A DNA stretch of 19,596 bases, from the IMG/VR virus record IMGVR_UViG_3300045988_063098; one strand, given 5' to 3'. Made by a program: the position numbers and the translations under genes. Position 1 is the first letter of the stretch. Each line of letters starts with the position of its first letter. The notes under the pieces were generated by a model. The model did no database searches, was not told the DNA's origin, and saw nothing but the letters and a program-made list of their open reading frames with translations. Shown here piece by piece: positions 1 to 6,255 of this stretch. The stretch is from a virus.

Positions 1-149
1 AAAGCATGTACTCCCCCACCCCTTTTTCAAAAATTCCCCCAATGGAAATTTGAAAATGAAATGAAAGAGAAAACTCATTTCCAACACTATCTATTTTCAA
101 AATCAATCATCTATCATCTTATAAAATCCTTTCATCTGTTTCTATTATC

Positions 150-177
150 ATTATATCACAATTTAGAAAAATGTCAA
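150..177 (-). promoter_or_regulatory. Outward-facing sigma-A-type promoter in the left ITR (reads toward the genome end)
   Basis: On the minus strand: TTGACA (177-172), 16-nt spacer, TGaTATAAT (extended -10, TATAAT = 155-150). It is the mirror copy of 19420-19447. The predicted start near 143 would give a run-off RNA of about 140 nt. Confidence 0.55.
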
Positions 178-221
178 GAAAAAACTTTCTAAAATAAATT
201 TAAAATATTTTTAAAAATCGC

Positions 222-249
222 TTGACAATAATTTTTAATATGCTATAAT
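222..249 (+). promoter_or_regulatory. Left early promoter 1 (tandem pair)
   Basis: TTGACA 222-227, 16-nt spacer, TGcTATAAT with TATAAT at 244-249. There is an A/T-rich upstream tract. Confidence 0.75.
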
Positions 250-314
250 GGTTATAGTTAGAAATGAGATAAAAACATTTCTAAAAATAAATTAAAATAA
301 ATTTAACAAAACAC

Positions 315-343
315 TTGACAAGCATTTTGAGAAATGCTATAAT
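315..343 (+). promoter_or_regulatory. Left early promoter 2 (tandem pair)
   Basis: TTGACA 315-320, 17-nt spacer, TGcTATAAT with TATAAT at 338-343. It lies 93 bp downstream of promoter 1 in a diverged duplicate of the same module. An AAGAGG SD and ATG 373 follow. Confidence 0.8.
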
Positions 344-372
344 GGTATCAGAAAGTTAAAGAGGTAAGAAAA

Positions 373-642
373 ATGATTATCAATAATCAATATGTGATGA
401 CTATGCAAGCAGGTATGAACATGAAAGATAAATTAGTAAAACTTGCTAAAAGTCAAGGTTTTACGGATAGAAATATCTGTATTTTTGTAGGAAAGGCAAA
501 CCTAGAAGAAAAAGGTTTTCACTCTTATGTAGAGGGAACAAAAGAAACCTTGAATGTCGAAGATTTTGAAAGATTTTTAGAATATTTTCAATTCAAATAT
601 GTTGGATATTGTGGAAATGAAAACGTGTATTTGTATAGATAG
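373..642 (+). CDS. Early protein, unknown function (89 aa)
   Basis: ORF directly downstream of the tandem early promoters, with SD AAAGAGGT about 8 nt before the ATG. I recognise no motif. Confidence 0.7.
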   Translation: MIINNQYVMTMQAGMNMKDKLVKLAKSQGFTDRNICIFVGKANLEEKGFHSYVEGTKETLNVEDFERFLEYFQFKYVGYCGNENVYLYR

Positions 643-650
643 GGTATAAC

Positions 651-920
651 ATGATAGCGCAATTTCAGGTTATTCTTGAGGGGGTCACTCCTCTCAAGAT
701 TCAATGTATTGATAAGTTTCCAGACGATAAGCTGGAATCTGAAAAAGAGGTATATAGAAACCGTGGATATAAAGAAGTCCATGAGAACTATTTTAAAAAT
801 GAGCGTTTAAACACGCTTATCATCTTTGAGGAAGTGAAAAACTTGAAATACTCAAAATATTCACATTATTGTTTAAAATCAGCGTTTGAGCGCTATGTGC
901 AAGGAAGGGACGGCTATTAA
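651..920 (+). CDS. Early protein, unknown function (89 aa)
   Basis: ORF tightly packed after the previous gene. The SD is weak (TAGGGT). I recognise no motif. Confidence 0.55.
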   Translation: MIAQFQVILEGVTPLKIQCIDKFPDDKLESEKEVYRNRGYKEVHENYFKNERLNTLIIFEEVKNLKYSKYSHYCLKSAFERYVQGRDGY

Positions 921-1187
921 ATGGATATGATTCAACCATCGCAAGTAGAAAAGGCTAGAAAGATAGTCAAGCAATATCATTTTGACGGCTTTCCGATTAT
1001 TTCGCTAGATTATGCTATTAGCCGTATAAAGCCAATTATGGACGATATAGAGGGTTTTGAGCCACATTATTACGATTTATACGATGTAGAACAGCACTAT
1101 CAATCAGACGGTTCTACAGCTTACAAAGGTATTTTACAAGTAACTTATTTATCAGTAGAAAGGGATTTATACATTTTTAGGTACTAA
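921..1187 (+). CDS. Early protein, unknown function (88 aa)
   Basis: The ATG immediately follows the TAA of the upstream ORF (TAAATG). SD-like GGAAGGGA lies upstream. Confidence 0.6.
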   Translation: MDMIQPSQVEKARKIVKQYHFDGFPIISLDYAISRIKPIMDDIEGFEPHYYDLYDVEQHYQSDGSTAYKGILQVTYLSVERDLYIFRY

Positions 1188-1190
1188 CAC

Positions 1191-1433
1191 ATGAAAAATT
1201 CATATAACAAATTAAATAAAAAAGGTCGTTTCTGGTTCTGGTGGTTCGCTTCTTGCAACCTTGCCATCTTGGTTTTTCTAATGATTATGTCACTACTAAC
1301 CTATACTATTTTCAAGCAACAAAAACAGCTTGAGCAACAACAAACAACCATCAGCAAGTTAAAGCGTGAGAATGACAATAATACGGCTTCTATTTTGCGC
1401 CTAGTTGCGTATTTAGAGAATGTAGGGGGTTAA
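1191..1433 (+). CDS. Small membrane protein (80 aa), one N-terminal TM segment plus a polar coiled-coil-like tail
   Basis: Hydrophobic stretch FWFWWFASCNLAILVFLMIMSLLTYTIF is followed by KQQKQLEQQQTTISKLKRE. It is packed in the operon. Confidence 0.6.
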   Translation: MKNSYNKLNKKGRFWFWWFASCNLAILVFLMIMSLLTYTIFKQQKQLEQQQTTISKLKRENDNNTASILRLVAYLENVGG

Positions 1434-1437
1434 TACT

Positions 1438-1854
1438 ATGGAACAAGAAACACGCTTACAGGAGCAAGAATTAGGCTATCTATATACGCTAAAATTACAG
1501 GAGTGTATTGATAACCTTAATAGACTTATAGCTAGTTCTGCTAGGGGTCTTATATCTCCTTATCAGATGGTTGAATTTGCGCATTATTATGCTATGGAAA
1601 CAATCGGTAAAATGGTTAGCGAGTATCCACAAACTAGACGTAAAATTGACTTACAAAAGTCTATTGACAATACTAACAATGAGTACAGAATAACAGGGTA
1701 TCACACCCGTTATATAAACGCTAAACAAAATGAATTACTATATTTTGAAAAGTATCTGGAACTTAATAAGGTCTTATCTGCCATCTGCTCCATCGCTCTG
1801 GATAACCCAGACGAAGACGCTTATAAAATCATTGCAGAATATAAAAACAGCTAG
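1438..1854 (+). CDS. Early protein, unknown function (138 aa)
   Basis: ORF with a GGGGG SD-like run about 9 nt upstream. Its stop codon TAG 1852-1854 lies inside the terminator stem. Confidence 0.65.
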   Translation: MEQETRLQEQELGYLYTLKLQECIDNLNRLIASSARGLISPYQMVEFAHYYAMETIGKMVSEYPQTRRKIDLQKSIDNTNNEYRITGYHTRYINAKQNELLYFEKYLELNKVLSAICSIALDNPDEDAYKIIAEYKNS

Positions 1855-1881
1855 TAGAAACTTTCTACTAGCTTTTCTTTT
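1850..1881. terminator. Bidirectional intrinsic terminator between the convergent left early operon and the lysis genes
   Basis: Perfect 10-bp stem GCTAGTAGAA / TTCTACTAGC (1850-1859 / 1863-1872) with loop ACT. It is followed by TTTTCTTTTT on the plus strand and by TGTTTTTAT on the minus strand. Confidence 0.85.
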
Positions 1882-2900
1882 TATGCTACTGTTATAAGTC
1901 CGTCTGGCTCTTTCGTAAAGCTTGGATTGTCTGCAAGCTCCCCGTTTGAGTTCATGAAATACCAGCCTTTTCCAGATTTAATAAATTCATTAGAAACCAT
2001 GTTGCCACGCTCGTTTGTCATATAATACCAGTTATTCTTGTATTTGACCCAACCAGTAACCATTGCACCTGAATCGTCCATATAATACCATTCTGACCCG
2101 ACTAGCACCCAACCAGTCGCCATTGCGCCGTTATCTTTGAGGTAGTACCATTTTTCATTGTCTTTTAGCCATTCGCTCGTTAAGCAATAACCTTTACTAT
2201 CGAAGTAGTACCACACACCCCCGATTTTTTCCCATTTATTATATGGAAAGCTACCGTTATTACGTCTGAACCACCAGCCCTTGCTGTCTTGTTTCCACGT
2301 TCCAGCGGTCTTTGGTTTGTCGTCTTCTTCATCGTCCAATAACACTATATTTTTATCAAATGGGTTACTAGAATACTGCCACCATCTTATCCCGTCCATG
2401 CTTGGGAAATATTCAAAGTTAGCTGTACCATCATTTAAGCCATACCCTGCAATCCAGAGAGAATTAGGGAACTGCGCTAAAATCTGCTGATAGTCTACGT
2501 TATCCAGCGTGAAAGGTTTATAACTATAATAAATAGGCTTATATCCAGAGTCAGCAATCATCTGCATAAAGCGTAAGCATGCGTTAGTGTTCGCTTGTGC
2601 GTCTCCGCTTGGGTCGTCCTCGTAGTCCAATACAAGGTATTTAACTTGCATAGGCACGTTGTCAAGGAAGAATTGCGCTTCTGCTTCTGCTTCTGCTACG
2701 ACTCCACCAAAACGGGCAAAGTGGTAAAAACCAATAGGTGTAGACTGTTCCACTTGAGCAGACAAGCAAGGGTTTAAATAGGTCGTACTTTCTGAGATTT
2801 TAACAACCGTGTTAGTCGTTCCCATCTGCTCCAAGATACCTGTTATATCGTAACCGTTGTGGCTTGAAACGTCAATAAATAAATCGTTTTTCTTAACCAT
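1881..2900 (-). CDS. cpl1: Endolysin: GH25 muramidase with a C-terminal choline-binding domain (Cpl-1-like lysozyme, 339 aa)
   Basis: Same length as Cpl-1 as I remember it, and nearly identical to it. Shared segments include [32 protein letters not shown], and six GW/YYF choline-binding repeats ending in PSFTKEPDGLITVA. The start overlaps the holin stop (TAATG). Confidence 0.95.
   Translation of the reverse strand: MVKKNDLFIDVSSHNGYDITGILEQMGTTNTVVKISESTTYLNPCLSAQVEQSTPIGFYHFARFGGVVAEAEAEAQFFLDNVPMQVKYLVLDYEDDPSGDAQANTNACLRFMQMIADSGYKPIYYSYKPFTLDNVDYQQILAQFPNSLWIAGYGLNDGTANFEYFPSMDGIRWWQYSSNPFDKNIVLLDDEEDDKPKTAGTWKQDSKGWWFRRNNGSFPYNKWEKIGGVWYYFDSKGYCLTSEWLKDNEKWYYLKDNGAMATGWVLVGSEWYYMDDSGAMVTGWVKYKNNWYYMTNERGNMVSNEFIKSGKGWYFMNSNGELADNPSFTKEPDGLITVA
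1884..2303 (-). repeat. Coding repeats: six ~20-aa choline-binding (CW_binding_1) repeats of the lysin
   Basis: Repeated motif GW..(x)..WYY(f/m/l)..(d/n)G.m visible in residues ~200-339 (GWWFRRNNG, GVWYYFDSKG, EKWYYLKDNG, SEWYYMDDSG, NNWYYMTNERG, KGWYFMNSNG). Confidence 0.9.
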
Positions 2901-3304
2901 TATTTCTTTTCTCCTTTAAATTCTTCCAGCAACTCTTTTCCAGAATCTAGTTGCGCTGTGTATTTCTGCAATTCTTCCTGAACTCTAGCTGTCATAAACT
3001 TGGGAATAAAGACACCCATAACAGCGAGATTTTCCATAATTGAAAGTGCATAATACAAATTAATGATAATTAGTAGAATCTGACCGACTGCCATAGCTTG
3101 GATATAGGTTAAAAATACCGCTACAAAATAGTAAAAAATGAATGTGCAGGTATGTTTGATAACCCCTTTTAAGCCCGTCCAGCTATCGGTCACTTTCCAT
3201 TTCCAAGCCTTTAGAAAGCCTGTGATAAAGTCAAACAGAATCAAAGCAAAAAGGAAAGTGATATAGTCGCCTTTGGCAACGTCTAACATAATATTATATA
3301 ACAT
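2900..3304 (-). CDS. cph1: Holin (Cph1-like, 134 aa)
   Basis: Sits immediately upstream of and overlaps the lysin. It has multiple hydrophobic TM segments and a charged C-terminal tail ([11 protein letters not shown]). Size matches the Cp-1 holin. SD GAGGT lies 9 nt upstream of the ATG. Confidence 0.85.
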   Translation of the reverse strand: MLYNIMLDVAKGDYITFLFALILFDFITGFLKAWKWKVTDSWTGLKGVIKHTCTFIFYYFVAVFLTYIQAMAVGQILLIIINLYYALSIMENLAVMGVFIPKFMTARVQEELQKYTAQLDSGKELLEEFKGEKK

Positions 3305-4340
3305 GATTGATAACCTCTATAAATTTGTTTTTAGTCTCTAAATCTTCATAAATAAACATATTTTTTAAGTACAAACTCCGTAAAGTTTTACCTAGTGCGC
3401 TGGCTTTATTCAAGTAAACAAACCCGTCCTCCACCTGCTCTACTTCCAGACAATAAGCCGTCAAATTCTTGTCAAAACCTTTAGCAATATATACCATATT
3501 GTCGATGTAGTACCCTGTTAAGAAAGTACCGTCACAATAAAAGCTATATAGCCTAGACTTTAAGCCTTTAATCTTCGCTATATTCTTATCGTTTTTAATC
3601 TGAAACTCGTTATTAGCAACGCTTTCATAAATGCTGGACTTACTCAAGAGTTTAAAGAATCCACTTTCTTTTTCTTCCTCTGTCTGGAAAGCTGAATGAG
3701 GGGGGAACTCTATAAGGGTTGCATACTGTTTCATATTGTAAAAGCGCTTGCCGTTGTCGTCATAGAATTTCAGAAAGGCAAAATAGGGGTTGTTGAAATT
3801 ACTTGCATTTGATAGTAGATAAGCATGGCAACCGTCACGCCTACGAAAAACAGAAAAGATAAAGTTTAGTAATGCTTCCACCTCGTTATCAAGATACCTC
3901 TTTTTACTGGTAACGTCTATCAATACTTCATCGTATAAGATACTCATAACCTCATCATACTCTGACCCTTTCAAGTCTACCCAAGTAGAAAGGCTCTTGA
4001 GATAGCAAACGATTTTCCCGTTTAAAATAATCTTAGTAGAAGATAAAACTAAAATATTTTCCTCTTCTTCCATATTGTCCGCTCTGAAAATAATCTTAGT
4101 ATGAATTTTACTAGCGTCACTGTCTATCACTTCAAAATTTGTAAAGACTTGTTTTAGTAGTTCCGTAGTAAAAAACTTGTCTTTGTCTATTCGGTCAAGC
4201 TCTGACTTGTTCCGTCTTAAATAGATGAATTGCTCTCCTTTATCTATGAACCGTTTTAGCAGGTGCTTTTTGAGTGCGAAAGTCTTTCCAATCCCACGCC
4301 CACCGATAACAAAATTAAGATACTGGTTATATGATAGCAT
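3294..4340 (-). CDS. DNA encapsidation (packaging) ATPase, phi29 gp16 homolog
   Basis: [48 protein letters not shown] aligns by eye with phi29 gp16 (MLSYDRILNFVIGARGIGKSYAMK...GEQFIYVRRYKPEL). Walker A is GGRGIGKT and Walker B-like is ILYDEV. The true start may be an upstream in-frame ATC at 4376 (see findings). Confidence 0.9.
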   Translation of the reverse strand: MLSYNQYLNFVIGGRGIGKTFALKKHLLKRFIDKGEQFIYLRRNKSELDRIDKDKFFTTELLKQVFTNFEVIDSDASKIHTKIIFRADNMEEEENILVLSSTKIILNGKIVCYLKSLSTWVDLKGSEYDEVMSILYDEVLIDVTSKKRYLDNEVEALLNFIFSVFRRRDGCHAYLLSNASNFNNPYFAFLKFYDDNGKRFYNMKQYATLIEFPPHSAFQTEEEKESGFFKLLSKSSIYESVANNEFQIKNDKNIAKIKGLKSRLYSFYCDGTFLTGYYIDNMVYIAKGFDKNLTAYCLEVEQVEDGFVYLNKASALGKTLRSLYLKNMFIYEDLETKNKFIEVINHVI

Positions 4341-4385
4341 TTTCTGCGGATTGTACCATTTTTCAGTTGCTTCGATAGAAAATCA

Positions 4386-4413
4386 CTCCTTTCAATTTTA
4401 TTATATCATACTT
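4386..4413 (-). promoter_or_regulatory. Internal promoter (extended -10 only) plus conserved leader/SD for the ATPase-holin-lysin unit
   Basis: On the minus strand: TGaTATAAT (TG 4408-4407, TATAAT 4405-4400) with no good -35 (AACCCG). AAAATTGAAAGGAG (4399-4386) follows. The same AAGTATGATATA...AAAATTGAAAGGAG module recurs at 14540-14574. Confidence 0.55.
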
Positions 4414-6252
4414 TTAAAAATTCGGGTTGTTTTTCTGAATATCAAACAAAATGCCGTCTTCTTTATTGGCTGAATAGTTCCAGATTCTGACTCCTGATTG
4501 AAAAATAGCCTGAATAGCGTTCATGTGCGACTGGTTGGCTCTTAGTGTTCCAAGGTTTACGTTAATCATCTTGATATAATTAAACCGCTTTCTTGACCTC
4601 ATCACGCTTAAAGCGTCATTAGTGAACCAGTTGACAAGCACCCCGTAGCATTTGATATACTCGTTCGCCCGTCCCATGATTTCTTTCTGAGCCAAGGAGA
4701 CTTTCCAATAAACGTCTGTCAGTCTGTTCCCACTCTGGAAAGCAAGGTCATTTCCGATTTGTTGCACGCTGATAGGTTGGTTCTGTAGGTCTGCCATTGT
4801 TGCGTTGTATGCTCTGATAGATTGGTCAAGTGCTATTTTAGATTTCATGTTTGCAAGGGCATTAGATTGAGATTTCAAAGCGTTGTTTTCACTTGTGAAA
4901 CCTTGTTGTACTACCTTATCATTATAATCACGGTTAGCGTTAAAGACTTTCATACCACCAGACGCAAGCCCACCAAGTGCGCCCCCAAAGTTCCCTGTTA
5001 AGAGATTCCCAGCTACGTTTAAGATACCACTAGCGCCCTCCGTCCATTGGTTGATGTTGGCGCTGTCTACAGCAAATTGTGCGTTATAGCTGGCTTGTGA
5101 GTTGGCTGTAGCAACTTGTTTATTAGATAGGTCTACGCTCTGTTTGAGCATGTCCCGATTCTCTTTAAATGTTAGCTGTGTATGTTCCATCTGGTTCTTA
5201 TGTGATTGAATATAACTGGCTTCTGCGTCATTTAGGATTGCAATGCTTTTCCCTGTCACGTCATTCAATCCGTATTTAAAATGCTCTGGATTGTGTTCTG
5301 CCCAGTCGCCACTCTCCAAGCTGTCCAGAATGTTCTTATCTGCATAGCTTACATTGTTAGCGTTGTTATACTCAAGGAAATTGATATGCACCTGATTGCT
5401 ATCGCCAAGGCTTCCGCTGACAATCACTTTATACTTGTGAGCTTCGTCTATCGTTCTCGGTAAATACTGCGGTTGATACACATAACTATTCCCGTATATA
5501 TCATACAATTCTATTTCAGTAAACTCACTATTTAATAGCTGTACTTCTATTTCTAGGTCGTCTTTTCCCATGTATGAGCGTAAGCCCTCTTGTATCTGGT
5601 CATAAGCAATTTTTAGGAGGTTAGGGATTTCATAAACATTAGGTCGATAGTCAAAAAATCCGTCCACCTCAATCAGTAGGGCTTCCACGTCAAAGGCTGT
5701 TTTTGAGTAGTCCCCATTGCCCAGTTGCTTATCCCCTGTGTTCCCTGTGATTTCTCCAATATCGCCACCTGCTACGATTTCAGGAGGGTAGATAATGCTT
5801 TCAATGTTGTCAACCGTATCTATTCCAGTTCTCTCTGTCGTGTAACCGCTCCAAGCGTAGTTTTGCTCTATCACGTCATAGCTTGAGCCGTTGACCGCTG
5901 ATATAACAGACGTATGCCCCCAGATGTTATTACCTGATGGGATATAGCAGACAATACAGCCTACTCTTAAATCAGACCAAGACGGGTCAAAGCGGACTTT
6001 CCAGCCCAGCGCTTCCCAGTCATAATCGCCCCCAATGTTGCTGGCACTCATGCCCCTCTGCGTATCGCTTCCGCTGGCTTGTCTGCCGTTGCCGTTTGGG
6101 TTTGGGGTGTTGATACCTCCCCCAATGTCACATCCGCCCAACAGTTGAGAATACAAGGCGACTAGCCCGTAACATTGCCCACTTCCCACGGTTGTTCCTA
6201 CCCGTGATTTGATTTCATTTAGTGCTTTTAGCGTTTCTGTTGCTTCTGCCAT
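4414..6252 (-). CDS. Tail protein: N-terminal CHAP peptidoglycan hydrolase fused to the C-terminal half of a phi29 gp9-like tail knob (612 aa)
   Basis: CHAP signature: GSGQCYGLVALY (Cys), GHTSVISAV (His), DVIEQNY. The C-terminal ~400 aa aligns by eye with the C-terminal half of phi29 gp9: VSGSLGDSNQV vs VRGSLGVSNKV, IAILNDAEASYIQ vs IAILNDYLSAYLQ, a Gly-rich hydrophobic loop, and RKRFNYIKM...IQAIFQSGVRIWN vs RKAFNYVQT...IRTIFDNGITLWH. Confidence 0.8.
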   Translation of the reverse strand: MAEATETLKALNEIKSRVGTTVGSGQCYGLVALYSQLLGGCDIGGGINTPNPNGNGRQASGSDTQRGMSASNIGGDYDWEALGWKVRFDPSWSDLRVGCIVCYIPSGNNIWGHTSVISAVNGSSYDVIEQNYAWSGYTTERTGIDTVDNIESIIYPPEIVAGGDIGEITGNTGDKQLGNGDYSKTAFDVEALLIEVDGFFDYRPNVYEIPNLLKIAYDQIQEGLRSYMGKDDLEIEVQLLNSEFTEIELYDIYGNSYVYQPQYLPRTIDEAHKYKVIVSGSLGDSNQVHINFLEYNNANNVSYADKNILDSLESGDWAEHNPEHFKYGLNDVTGKSIAILNDAEASYIQSHKNQMEHTQLTFKENRDMLKQSVDLSNKQVATANSQASYNAQFAVDSANINQWTEGASGILNVAGNLLTGNFGGALGGLASGGMKVFNANRDYNDKVVQQGFTSENNALKSQSNALANMKSKIALDQSIRAYNATMADLQNQPISVQQIGNDLAFQSGNRLTDVYWKVSLAQKEIMGRANEYIKCYGVLVNWFTNDALSVMRSRKRFNYIKMINVNLGTLRANQSHMNAIQAIFQSGVRIWNYSANKEDGILFDIQKNNPNF

Positions 6253-6255
6253 TGT

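Larger units (their letters stand above)
1..376. repeat. Left inverted terminal repeat (ITR) of a linear, protein-primed phage genome
   Basis: Bases 1-376 are the exact reverse complement of 19221-19596, checked block by block. Identity ends right after ATGA at 373-376. The sequence starts AAAGCATGTACTCCCCCACCCC, and the 5'-AAA terminus fits Cp-1/phi29-type terminal-protein priming with sliding-back. Confidence 0.95.

Noticed and set aside
3289-3304. Possible dual-start (holin/antiholin) motif: Met1 and Met6 of the holin
   Set aside because: The residues between the two Met codons (L-Y-N-I) carry no charge. The two products would therefore not differ in the way that defines known dual-start holin/antiholin pairs. 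Only Met1 has a good SD.
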